A DNA stretch of 30,119 nt from PVC group bacterium. GTDB taxonomy: Bacteria > Auribacterota > Erginobacteria > Erginobacterales > Erginobacteraceae. Below the pieces are notes generated by a model. It made no database searches. It saw nothing but the letters and a program-made list of their open reading frames with translations, and was not told the DNA's origin. The number at the start of each line of letters is the position of its first letter. Position 1 is the first letter of the stretch. Shown here piece by piece: positions 1 through 9,497 of this stretch. The position numbers were made by a program, and so were the translations under genes. The stretch lies in NCBI GenBank assembly GCA_043804695.1, contig JAZDIV010000051.1:1-30119 (forward strand). Direction: 5' to 3'.

Positions 1-343
<343 letters not shown>

Positions 344-637
344 TCATATAATTAAAGCATCTTTTGATAGATCTATGGAATCCTTGGCTCCGATATGTTC
401 TACTCGTCTTCGCCAGTTGCTCCCTAAAAAATAAAACCTCAGGCTGTCTTTCTCCGGAATGGTCTCATCTATCAGACGTTGGCGCAGGTCGGTCCATTGA
501 GCTGGTGTTACCTCACATTCAAAGACAGAGTATTGAACCCGCTGCCCATAATCAAGACAGGCTTTACCTACCCGGCGAAGCCGCCGGGCGCCCCCGGGAT
601 CCGTTGTTTCAACATCATAACTGACGAGCACCATCAT
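344..637 (-). CDS. cas2: CRISPR-associated endonuclease Cas2
   Basis: MMVLVSYDV...RLRRV..C..YGQRVQYSVFEC...DSLRFY. ATG at 637 preferred over TTG at 649. Confidence 0.97.
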   Translation of the reverse strand: MMVLVSYDVETTDPGGARRLRRVGKACLDYGQRVQYSVFECEVTPAQWTDLRQRLIDETIPEKDSLRFYFLGSNWRRRVEHIGAKDSIDLSKDALII

Positions 638-662
638 GGCTTTGTTCAAGCAAGAATAATTT

Positions 663-1694
663 TTATTTCCAGATAAATGGCGGATAGCCGTCTATATCCC
701 CTCGTAAGAACCGTGCAAGAAGAAGCGCTTGGACGTGGAACAACAGACCGATTTGCATCTGTTCCCCCAGGAAAGGATGCTCAATCATATCCTGTTTGCG
801 CTTCTGGTAAGCAACGAGAAGCGTCTTGCGCGTTTCATCTGTCATGTGGATGCCTCCCGCCTCACTCTTAATAAATCCGTCCTTCTGGACCTGTTTTAGA
901 TTGATCAACGAAAGGGCCAGACGATCAGCGAAAGGAGCGCGAAACTCCTCCATCATATCAAGGGCAAGGCTTGGTCTCCCGGGACGGTCACTATGAAGAA
1001 ACCCGACCTGCGGGTCCAATCCCACTGTCTCCAGAGCCGACCGAACGTCATGGAGCAGAATTGTATAGATAAAGGAGAGGAGGCAATTCACGTTGTCTTT
1101 CGGCGGACGCCGATTCCGGAACTGAAAAATAAAGTCATCATTCTGTGACGTAATCATAGAGTTGAAGACGCTGAAATATGACCTGGAAGCGTCGCCTTCC
1201 ATTCCCCGGATTTCATCCAACGATAACTCCTGACGCAGCTTTCTCAGGTGTTGGCCGACACGCGCCGCCATCTGTTTGATTTTTTCAGCACCACCACTTT
1301 CTCCATGATCACGGACGGCTCGCTGGAGTACCTTTCGACAATTTGCGATTTTCCCGATGACGATGGATCGTGCTATCTCCGCGCAAGCTTTCGGATTATC
1401 CGCTCTCCGATATTGTTCACGACGCAAAAGGACATTTCCGGAGACCGGGCCGTCGACACGAGCTAAAAAACGACCGTGCTCACTCATAAAGCTGATCGTC
1501 ACATTATTTTTACAGCAGAAGCCCAGCAGGAAAGGGCTGCATAACACATTCCCGAAACAGACGATGCTACCCAGGCTGATAATCGGCACTCGGAGCTTGG
1601 TCTCTCTATTTACACTGACGATAACCGATTCACCTTCTTTCGAGAGATACGCGCCCTGGGTAGTGACGAAAAGTGTATTCAGGCATCTCTTCAT
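663..1694 (-). CDS. cas1: Type I-C Cas1 integrase
   Basis: 343 aa with NTLFVTTQGAYL, GNVLLRREQY, RGMEG, GFLH.DRPGRPSLALDMMEEFR and terminal YPPFIWK. Confidence 0.98.
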   Translation of the reverse strand: MKRCLNTLFVTTQGAYLSKEGESVIVSVNRETKLRVPIISLGSIVCFGNVLCSPFLLGFCCKNNVTISFMSEHGRFLARVDGPVSGNVLLRREQYRRADNPKACAEIARSIVIGKIANCRKVLQRAVRDHGESGGAEKIKQMAARVGQHLRKLRQELSLDEIRGMEGDASRSYFSVFNSMITSQNDDFIFQFRNRRPPKDNVNCLLSFIYTILLHDVRSALETVGLDPQVGFLHSDRPGRPSLALDMMEEFRAPFADRLALSLINLKQVQKDGFIKSEAGGIHMTDETRKTLLVAYQKRKQDMIEHPFLGEQMQIGLLFHVQALLLARFLRGDIDGYPPFIWK

Positions 1695-2338
1695 TGATCG
1701 TAATCCGATACTTCCGCTTCGATCATTCTTTTTAAATAGTTTGTTGTTGAACGATATCGAGACCTAATTTTGGGAACGCATAGATCGTAAAGAGAACAGC
1801 TTTCGCATTTTTTCCCATATTCGGCTGCCGGAGTAATACCCTTCTCAAATAGTTCATGGACCTGTCGAGCCTTATTCTCCGTTTCCTGCCGTAAACATTC
1901 ATCGAATTCAACATCCTTACGATGTCGGGTTTTTCCGTAATATAAAGCGCCATGTTCAATCCGAACTTCGAGCATCTCCTCAAGGCAGATAGCTTGAGCG
2001 CATAACTGGACTTCATCACAGCGATCGTCCTTGGGTTTGCCCCGCTTATGCTCAACCGGGAAAGGCTTCCACATTTCCCTTTCCCGGTGGAACTCGACCA
2101 CATCGGCAATTCCGGCAATCCCTAAACGGAGAGATTTTAAAAGAACGCTATACTCAACCCGAACATCTCCCCTCGTCTCCTGGCCGCCCTGTTCAACCCT
2201 TTCATGGAGAATCCGCCCTTCGGCGGTGAAACGATTCTCCTCCCACAACCGCTCCAGATGGATCAATGCGCATTGCCGAGGACAGAAGAAATAATGCTGC
2301 AGCGCTGATATTGGAATCAACTCATCTTCTGCGTACAT
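1691..2338 (-). CDS. cas4: Cas4 prespacer-processing nuclease
   Basis: ISALQHY.FCPRQ, G.ADVVEF, PVEHKRGK, QLCAQA.CLEEM and C-terminal C..CSL..LC (Fe-S cysteines). ATGA overlap with cas1. ATG at 2338 is the likely start. Confidence 0.97.
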   Translation of the reverse strand: MYAEDELIPISALQHYFFCPRQCALIHLERLWEENRFTAEGRILHERVEQGGQETRGDVRVEYSVLLKSLRLGIAGIADVVEFHREREMWKPFPVEHKRGKPKDDRCDEVQLCAQAICLEEMLEVRIEHGALYYGKTRHRKDVEFDECLRQETENKARQVHELFEKGITPAAEYGKKCESCSLYDLCVPKIRSRYRSTTNYLKRMIEAEVSDYDQ

Positions 2339-2404
2339 AGCGACTCTCGTAATATCCACTACTGTAAAAATCAGAGGAGTCAGTCCGTTTCATCCGCTTG
2401 GTCC

Positions 2405-3298
2405 CTACTGTGCTTCTTCGGCGCGTTCGAGCCGCACATAGCGACTCAATTTGGCGCAAAGCACCTCTCCCAAGCTTGGCTTGTCTTCCCGATAAAGAGA
2501 GATCAGTCGTTTGCCCTCCTGCTGGTAGAGCTTGAGCTTTTTAAACATCCCGATCTTATAGTCGATCGTATCCATCCCCCAGTACTCAATATAAACATCG
2601 AACTCGGGGAGATAGAAATCCGGCCTGATGGCATACCCCTCGATAATGCGCATGCGCTCGTCGTAGCGGTAGGCGATGCCATGGCGGCTGAGGAACTCCG
2701 CGATCATGCGCTCACCCTCGGACTGAACGAGGGTGCCGTTATGGGAGCGGATGGTCTTATTTAGTTCCACCCGGGTGTCGAAGTTGCGGCGCTCAAGGTA
2801 GACCTCATCAAAGCACTTATCGCAGAACACGCGCTGGAAGGCGCGTTGACTCCGGGCATATTCGTCCGCATCCACCTGGGCGCCGCACCGCCGGCAGCGG
2901 TGTTTGGCTTGTTCAGCTGCAATGCGGAGCGCTTCGCGGATGGTCTTGCCCGCAGAGCGCACACCTCGCTTCACGTAGTCTTTCTCTGCCGGATTCCTGA
3001 AAAGGTCGCGTAGATCATCCAGAGCTTCTCTGGCGTGGACTCCAAATGCCCCTAACGCCTTGGCTGCATACTGGCGGACTTGCGGATGTGCATCCGCAAG
3101 CAGGGGCCGCAGAGTATGCACTGCGGGACCGGGGTGTACGATACCCGCTAATTTCCCCAGCGCGGATGCCGCCAGCCGCCGAACCAGCGCCGATTTCGAA
3201 CGGGTCAATGCCGCCAGCTCATCGAACGCGTCAGCATTCGCGCTCTTGCCTAAGGCTGTAGCGCGCGCGGCCAGGTGTCTTTCATTGACATGATCCAT
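2405..3298 (-). CDS. HEAT-repeat / C4 zinc finger / PD-(D/E)xK-like nuclease fusion, inserted in the cas operon
   Basis: HEAT motifs VRRLAASALGKL and VRQYAAKALGAF; CRRC...CDKC; C-terminal SEGERMIAEFL...YRYD...PDFYLP...YIEYWG...K. Confidence 0.85.
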   Translation of the reverse strand: MDHVNERHLAARATALGKSANADAFDELAALTRSKSALVRRLAASALGKLAGIVHPGPAVHTLRPLLADAHPQVRQYAAKALGAFGVHAREALDDLRDLFRNPAEKDYVKRGVRSAGKTIREALRIAAEQAKHRCRRCGAQVDADEYARSQRAFQRVFCDKCFDEVYLERRNFDTRVELNKTIRSHNGTLVQSEGERMIAEFLSRHGIAYRYDERMRIIEGYAIRPDFYLPEFDVYIEYWGMDTIDYKIGMFKKLKLYQQEGKRLISLYREDKPSLGEVLCAKLSRYVRLERAEEAQ

Positions 3299-3474
3299 CG
3301 TGTCTTACCCCGGTATCATGACTTGTTCCGCGTCCAGAGGACGCTCCACGGCGTCATCTATCCTCCATGCGACCGGAGGCAGTCGGAACGACGCCCCGGA
3401 GGTCGCCTGCCAGTGTTGGCCAATGCCCGTAAATGGTGTGGATGCAGAGTTTTTTCTCCATCTGCGAGACTATG

Positions 3475-4341
3475 TCAAATCATCTCGATCAGCTCGACGC
3501 CCTGGGGGACCTTATCTCGATCAATCTTTAGCTCATAGTCCGAAAACGCCCGCGGCGGCTTCGATTCGTCATTGCGCTTTATGGTCACCAGCTCAAATAA
3601 CTTGTGCGCGGGAGCATTTCCCAGTTTACTATCGTGTTTGAAAACGATCAATTTACGGGTTGTCATCTCCCCCCTCGCGGCAGACCGGTCTTGTTCGAAC
3701 ATATTGGTCAGGGATTCCCACAACAAACTTAGATCCTCTTCGCTGAATCCGGTCTGCTCAGCCAGAGGCGCCGAGACAAATCCATGGCAAAGATAAAGAC
3801 CATAAGGAACGGTGAATTTGCGCCCCATGGTTCGTTCCTTTTCCAGATCCCTCTCATTTGTCACGGCCATCCTCGTGATACAATGCTCCAGCGGAACTAT
3901 TTGATCCACACTTCTGGCAAAGGTTAATTGAATCGGACCACGAACCTGGCCGGCATTAACTTCTGTTGTCATTACCGCTCCGAATGCCCTGATATCAAAG
4001 AAGTTTCCACACATCCAGGCGGTGATTTTGGCCGCTTCTTCTTTAACTTTAGGGAGCTTTTTAGGCTGTGGCTTGAGCTCGTAGGCTTTATAAGCTCGTT
4101 CGTGCTCACGATTGAGAACTGCTTTTTCTTTAATGTATATTTCATAAGGTGGCTCATCGTCCTTCAAAACGCCGACATAATTTCTCACCTTACGTTTGAT
4201 ACATACATCCGTGACCAACCCATCCCCGGTTTCCGGATCCACTCGGGGAAGGTTTCCCGCGTCGGGGTCACCATTGGGGTTGCCGTCTTTTACATCAAAC
4301 AACAGAACAAAATCATACCGGTTTTTCAGAGCTTCATTCAT
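3475..4341 (-). CDS. cas7: Type I-C Cas7 (Csd2)
   Basis: [60 protein letters not shown]. Confidence 0.98.
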   Translation of the reverse strand: MNEALKNRYDFVLLFDVKDGNPNGDPDAGNLPRVDPETGDGLVTDVCIKRKVRNYVGVLKDDEPPYEIYIKEKAVLNREHERAYKAYELKPQPKKLPKVKEEAAKITAWMCGNFFDIRAFGAVMTTEVNAGQVRGPIQLTFARSVDQIVPLEHCITRMAVTNERDLEKERTMGRKFTVPYGLYLCHGFVSAPLAEQTGFSEEDLSLLWESLTNMFEQDRSAARGEMTTRKLIVFKHDSKLGNAPAHKLFELVTIKRNDESKPPRAFSDYELKIDRDKVPQGVELIEMI

Positions 4342-4720
4342 TGTTTACCTCCTTCTCTTTCGATGATTTTTCTTTTTTAGTATAAAAATCCTGCCGCTGG
4401 TGATAGTAGCCGATGGCGAATCTCCCCTGATCCGACAAGTCGAGATGAGCCGGAATGTTGTCGGCCTTCGCCATAATCTCACCAATGATTCTCTCAAAAT
4501 AGATCTTCAGTCCCTCGCTTTCGAGTTTGGCTATATGGTGACATTTTAGCTTGAGTAATCTCGGGAAGACTACCACAGGCGTACTTGACGCCGCTCCATA
4601 GAAAGAATCCCGGATAGTCGTATTGATCCCGGGATTTGCCGACTCCTGGACCCGTTCCAGTACGGCGAACAATCGCCCCAGCAGGTATCCAATGTTGGTA
4701 TTGTCTATATCAAGCGCCAT
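4334..4720 (-). CDS. cas11: Cas11c small subunit from internal in-frame start in cas8c
   Basis: In-frame ATG at 4720 ([12 protein letters not shown]...), preceded by AAGGAGG (4732-4726) with 5-nt spacing; 128 aa. Internal Cas11 translation is established for type I-C. Confidence 0.85.
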   Translation of the reverse strand: MALDIDNTNIGYLLGRLFAVLERVQESANPGINTTIRDSFYGAASSTPVVVFPRLLKLKCHHIAKLESEGLKIYFERIIGEIMAKADNIPAHLDLSDQGRFAIGYYHQRQDFYTKKEKSSKEKEVNNE

Positions 4721-6094
4721 ATCAACCTCCTTTTGTTGTTTGTGATAATAACGAGATTTTCGAACAAGCACCGCTTTTATAAGAGCCGCCCGGGGATAAG
4801 AAACCTCCCTCTCCGCTCGAGCTCGACGCACAGCGGAAGAGAGAAGAGACATGGGATAGGGCGTGCCGTTCAATATTGAGAGCATCACTTCACCGGCCAA
4901 ATTTGACTGGATATTCTCCGATTTTCCTCCGACAGCAGTTGATACCAATAGACGAAATAAGGAAAGATATTCAGGGGACTTCGGACCATGGACAATAGCA
5001 CAATCAAGAAAGTGCTGCCGGATGGATGCGACAACTTCCTTGACCGTCCCCGCATACCAGAAACGAACTGCAATACGAGCAGCATTAGGCGCAAGTCCCA
5101 GTACATAAAAAGAAGTCGGATCCTCCTCAACCGGCGGCGCTCCTGATTTTGGCGCTGTGAAGAGCGCGCGCAGGGCAGCATTATCCTGATCGGATTCTCC
5201 TTTTGGTTGCACTCCGAATATCTCGGCAAAGATGGGTTCTATTTCGTGCTTCCTTTCCGCCCAGAAGATCGTGCTGGCATCTCCAACCTGGATCCTTTGG
5301 CGCGAATCCCGCGCAAGAAGTTCATTTAAAGCTGTCGTATAGGCAAACTCTGATTCTCCCCCGATCGGCGCATTGTAACCCTGCTTTTTTTCATAAGAAT
5401 TAAAAGCATATAAATTAAATGAAACAATATTGGCTCCGACTGATTGCGCTCCCCATATCCCTTTAATCGTGGTGTGAAGACGAATAGGAGTATTCAGTTC
5501 ACCATCGATCAAGCATTGCCGTTTTGGACCATCTTCAATATCCAGCATATTTTTAACAGCAGCAGTAACGGCTTTTATCTGACAAACCAGTTTGTTCGTA
5601 CCTTCAATTTGAAAACTGATAATCCCTCCACTTTCCTCGATTTCCTCCCATAAAGGATGTTCGAATACCTTCCTGAAATTCCCTTCATTTAAAAAATTAA
5701 ATACAGCGGAGACTGCCTCATTCTCTATTATTGAGGGGGTTTGGCGGATCCGTTCTATAAACGCCTGATGCTGAAGAACTGCACGCTTCTTAAGTCTTTC
5801 CGCGTCTTTTTTAGGATCGGGGCGAGGAATACCGAAAACATAAGCCTGATTATCCCACAATAAATTTGCGGCGATATTTACGGACTTTTTTACCCCATGA
5901 GGAACACGATATTTCCGGGCAATCTTTTTATTTCCTTCACCTATTCTGGTATCGACGATTCCTTGAAAGTTTCCTTTGTTATCAAGAATGATAATAAACG
6001 GGATTCTCTTTTTTTCGAAACCACGGGGAGCTATGTTTGAATTATTATCTTCCTTGAGCCGCCGGTAATATGCACTTAACGCCTGGAGGATCAT
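4334..6094 (-). CDS. cas8c: Type I-C Cas8c (Csd1)
   Basis: MILQAL..YY.RL, ANLLWD, VSFN...[44 protein letters not shown]. Confidence 0.97.
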   Translation of the reverse strand: MILQALSAYYRRLKEDNNSNIAPRGFEKKRIPFIIILDNKGNFQGIVDTRIGEGNKKIARKYRVPHGVKKSVNIAANLLWDNQAYVFGIPRPDPKKDAERLKKRAVLQHQAFIERIRQTPSIIENEAVSAVFNFLNEGNFRKVFEHPLWEEIEESGGIISFQIEGTNKLVCQIKAVTAAVKNMLDIEDGPKRQCLIDGELNTPIRLHTTIKGIWGAQSVGANIVSFNLYAFNSYEKKQGYNAPIGGESEFAYTTALNELLARDSRQRIQVGDASTIFWAERKHEIEPIFAEIFGVQPKGESDQDNAALRALFTAPKSGAPPVEEDPTSFYVLGLAPNAARIAVRFWYAGTVKEVVASIRQHFLDCAIVHGPKSPEYLSLFRLLVSTAVGGKSENIQSNLAGEVMLSILNGTPYPMSLLSSAVRRARAEREVSYPRAALIKAVLVRKSRYYHKQQKEVDMALDIDNTNIGYLLGRLFAVLERVQESANPGINTTIRDSFYGAASSTPVVVFPRLLKLKCHHIAKLESEGLKIYFERIIGEIMAKADNIPAHLDLSDQGRFAIGYYHQRQDFYTKKEKSSKEKEVNNE

Positions 6095-6774
6095 GCCCGC
6101 ACCTCCTGTAATTCGAGTAGGGGAACCTTTATTCTCCCTTTCTCCAGTTTGGCTCGAAAGAAGCGTGCTTCAGGCTCTTTTTTGGAATAATCCATATCCA
6201 GGAGCATCCAGCCCAAATCCCGAGGTTCATCCAGTAATTCCGGTAATGGATCATGTAGCCCAATCAGCTTGAAATGAGCCGGGAATTCACGACATCCAAG
6301 ATAAGGCCGATGGAAACATTGGCCTTTTTTAACTCTACGTAAAAATATCTCCTGGAATTTGACGGCATTATCGGAATCGCCCACGTCTTCGGTCATTTCA
6401 AAAAACGCGTGGATGATATATTTTACATCCCGCAAAAAAAGGCCGGCTCGTTGCTGACGCTCTTTTTCAATGTATATTCCAAGATTTCCACGTCCCCGCT
6501 TCATCGCAGTTTTAACCGTGCCGGTTCGAATTACCTCACCTACTTCGTTTCTCCTCACTGATTCCCAGCGTATGGGGTTTAACAGGTCTATCTCAATAAC
6601 CCGCCATCGGATTGCCGGTTTCCAGAGAATTGCCTCCAGAATGCCCCTCGCGGCGGAAGGGGTCATAACATCGTACGAGACCCTCTCAACTTTCATCTCT
6701 GGACGAGTAAAACAGGCATTCCTTCCCCATACCAGCAAACGAAACGGATCGCTTTTAATGTTCGTTTTATTCAT
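6091..6774 (-). CDS. cas5: Type I-C Cas5d (pre-crRNA processing)
   Basis: ACFTRPEMKVERVSYDVMTPSAARGILEAILWKP, RRNEV, PYLGCREF, DLGWML. Confidence 0.98.
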   Translation of the reverse strand: MNKTNIKSDPFRLLVWGRNACFTRPEMKVERVSYDVMTPSAARGILEAILWKPAIRWRVIEIDLLNPIRWESVRRNEVGEVIRTGTVKTAMKRGRGNLGIYIEKERQQRAGLFLRDVKYIIHAFFEMTEDVGDSDNAVKFQEIFLRRVKKGQCFHRPYLGCREFPAHFKLIGLHDPLPELLDEPRDLGWMLLDMDYSKKEPEARFFRAKLEKGRIKVPLLELQEVRA

Positions 6775-6793
6775 TTTTCCTCCTTTGAATAGG

Positions 6794-9025
6794 CTAAGTA
6801 ATCAATAATTCCGGATTACAGGGGGCAGTTACATCATATTGAACTCCTGTTACCGGATGATACAAAATAGGGCTTATCTGAGCATAGGTCCCCGGGCAGT
6901 TTTTCAACTCTTCTATGCTTCCCGAATCTACCAGGTTGCTCATAGCATATCTGGGAATATTTACCACGAATCGCTGTAGTGATCGCATGAGTTCTCTATT
7001 GGGCCCGATTTTGTATAACAAATCGATCAGGTCTGCTCCTTTCCCATACCTGACCAGAACCGGAACCTGAGCATCTTTAATAATTTTAAATTCCCGGGAT
7101 GCTGAACGAAAACTGAAACGAAGTTCGGCATCCGAGGCCAGAAGTCGAAGGATATTGTGTCGATCAAGATTATCACCCTGCAACCAGTAAAGTTCCTTAA
7201 AAAAGGCATAAAAACGTTCCGGAGCTAAATGGTCGGTAGAATCTTCAGAAAGCAGCCGTCTTCCAAGTTCGCCGGCTTGCCGAAGGTAACCCACTGGGAA
7301 TGTACTGGGAGGAACGAATACCACAACTTTTCCGGCAATAAGCTCATCTTCCCGGTTGCATCGCCCGGCGGCTTGAGCGATGGAATCAAGTCCGGCTAGA
7401 GCTCGATAGACAACCGGAAAATCAAAATCAACTCCGGCTTCGACTATCTGGGTACTAATAACCTTGGTAGGAATACCGGCAGTGAGTTTATCCCTTATTT
7501 CTTCGATAACTTTCGATCGGTGAGCTCCACACATAAGTCCGGAAAGATGGAATGTTCCTTCCGGCATCAGGGAATGTAGATTAAAGCAGTCATCTCGGCG
7601 GTTAACGATGCAGAGGAGAGTCGGATATTGTTGTAGTTCGCCTGCAAGATCTGACCATGAAGTTGGCACGTTCAAATCTCCAGGCACTTCAAGAGAGATT
7701 CTTTTTAGTTTCCGATGGAGCGCATCGGGATTTTCAATGATTTCAATCGTGTCCGGAAGACCCGGGAAAGAAAAATCAGGTCCCTTTTGAGGTGAAAAAG
7801 CCGGCTGAGTTGCCGTGCTCAGCAGAAAAGTTGCTCCATAGTCCTCATTTAATTTCTTAATAACGAAAAGAATAGGATTTAAATATTCAGGAGGTAGAAG
7901 CTGCACTTCATCAAGAATAACAATACTGTTTACAATATTATGAAGTTTCCGGCATCGGCTTGTTTTGCAGGAAAAGAGAGATTCAAAAAATTGAACGGTG
8001 GTTGTGACGATGATTGGTGCATCCCAATTCTCGCATGCAAGACGGGTTTGGCTTGTTTCATTTTTTTCATTATCTTCTACTATATTACTGTGATGCTCAA
8101 TTACGGAGCCGCCGAAAATCTCCCTGAATTGGTCGGCGATCTGCTCAATGATACTGGTGTATGGGATTACATAGATGATCCGTCGTTTTTTATGAATTGT
8201 GGCATGGGAAAGTGCAAAAGCCATTGAAGAGAGGGTCTTACCCCCGCCGGTGGGGACGGATAATGTAAAAATACCCGGATCATTATCGACTTTCTTTTTA
8301 CACTGATTAAGAATATCCAAACGTATTCGGTTAATAGAACCGTAAGGATTTTTCAATGCGGATAATTTGTTTCCCATATATTGTTCGAAAATAGGGATAA
8401 GTTCTTCGATGAGTGGATAGCCTCCTCTTTTCTGGCTTTTTTGAAGGTTATAGAACCGTTCGGTGTCAATAAAATCGGCATCGACCAAGCAGGAGAACAG
8501 CATCCGTATCCATAAGGCAGGGTCGGCTCCCGGACGGGGACGATCAACCGGCATTTCACCGGAAAGAATATTCAAGGGAGGAGCAGACTTTTTTACATCA
8601 TTCAAGAGTTCTTCATTCTCAAGACGCCGGGTCAGAGCGGCATTACCCGTTTCGTCACTTTGCCAATCCGGTAAGCCGGCATGATGTCCCGCAATTAAAT
8701 AGGCAAGAATCCTTCCGGCCGGTCCTAATGTTTCAATTACATGTATAGCACCGGCGGTTGAGTGATCGACTCTTCCCACATTTGAACTATGCTCACCAGC
8801 AATACCCATGGAAGAATTTATCATTTTTTGAAACGCAACAGTATATTTTCCCAAATCATGCCAGAGGCCGGCCAGATAGCCCCATCCGGAACAACCGAAC
8901 TCGCCCGCGAATTTACCGGAAAGCTCGGCTACTTGTAGTAAATGATCTTCCAGAGGCTGCCACTCGCTTTCCGGCCGGTTGTCGAGACTGTGAGCGAAAT
9001 ATTTTTTCCCGGCAGCTGGGGTCAT
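6794..9025 (-). CDS. cas3: Cas3 HD nuclease-helicase
   Basis: AHS, HL, HDLGK, HH.GL and LVDAD HD-domain motifs; PTGGGKT, DEVQ, STAT and QAAGRCNR helicase motifs. Confidence 0.98.
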   Translation of the reverse strand: MTPAAGKKYFAHSLDNRPESEWQPLEDHLLQVAELSGKFAGEFGCSGWGYLAGLWHDLGKYTVAFQKMINSSMGIAGEHSSNVGRVDHSTAGAIHVIETLGPAGRILAYLIAGHHAGLPDWQSDETGNAALTRRLENEELLNDVKKSAPPLNILSGEMPVDRPRPGADPALWIRMLFSCLVDADFIDTERFYNLQKSQKRGGYPLIEELIPIFEQYMGNKLSALKNPYGSINRIRLDILNQCKKKVDNDPGIFTLSVPTGGGKTLSSMAFALSHATIHKKRRIIYVIPYTSIIEQIADQFREIFGGSVIEHHSNIVEDNEKNETSQTRLACENWDAPIIVTTTVQFFESLFSCKTSRCRKLHNIVNSIVILDEVQLLPPEYLNPILFVIKKLNEDYGATFLLSTATQPAFSPQKGPDFSFPGLPDTIEIIENPDALHRKLKRISLEVPGDLNVPTSWSDLAGELQQYPTLLCIVNRRDDCFNLHSLMPEGTFHLSGLMCGAHRSKVIEEIRDKLTAGIPTKVISTQIVEAGVDFDFPVVYRALAGLDSIAQAAGRCNREDELIAGKVVVFVPPSTFPVGYLRQAGELGRRLLSEDSTDHLAPERFYAFFKELYWLQGDNLDRHNILRLLASDAELRFSFRSASREFKIIKDAQVPVLVRYGKGADLIDLLYKIGPNRELMRSLQRFVVNIPRYAMSNLVDSGSIEELKNCPGTYAQISPILYHPVTGVQYDVTAPCNPELLIT

Positions 9026-9110
9026 TTTATAGTAACCTCGGAAAAGAATCGAAGATGATCCCTGGTTGTTTTAATCATTATGAATAGGAATTAACATTGC
9101 CTTAGCAACT

Positions 9111-9491
9111 TCATCTCAGAAGAAGCTCCTGTATCTTTCCAAGAGTGAGGATGTCATTGATGCCGAAGTCAATATCTTGCAGGACGGCGCCGGCATTTTT
9201 GAAATCCTCGTATTCTTCATCGGTGCAGACGTGACCGAGGGCGCCGACCCTTTTGACGTTCTCCAGATATTCGGAGATCTCCCAGGGTTGGAAGATGGAT
9301 TTTATCTCGGTGATGAATTCGGGGAGTTCCTCCTCGAACTCGGAATGTTGCTCCGCCGCCTGGACGAAGTTCATCAGCTTTTCCCCAATCAGATAGCCGA
9401 GCGCTTTCTCCACCCCGAACCTCTCCATGATATCCTCCGCCGCGCGGCATTGATCTCGCCAGATACCGGCCAATTTTCCCATATTGCTCAT
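9111..9491 (-). CDS. Hypothetical acidic helical protein (126 aa)
   Basis: ATG-start ORF beginning 6 bp after the dnaN-like stop; protein-like composition; no recognised family. Confidence 0.7.
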   Translation of the reverse strand: MSNMGKLAGIWRDQCRAAEDIMERFGVEKALGYLIGEKLMNFVQAAEQHSEFEEELPEFITEIKSIFQPWEISEYLENVKRVGALGHVCTDEEYEDFKNAGAVLQDIDFGINDILTLGKIQELLLR

Positions 9492-9497
9492 GGGTTT

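Noticed and set aside
3354..3461. 35-aa minus-strand ORF (MEKKLCIH...) after cas7
   Set aside because: No RBS or recognisable motif; too short to support.
2336..3474. Possible terminal inverted repeat (CATAG..TCTCG / CGAGACTATG) bounding the HEAT-nuclease insert
   Set aside because: Only 10 matching bases with a 4-nt gap and no target duplication; compatible with chance.
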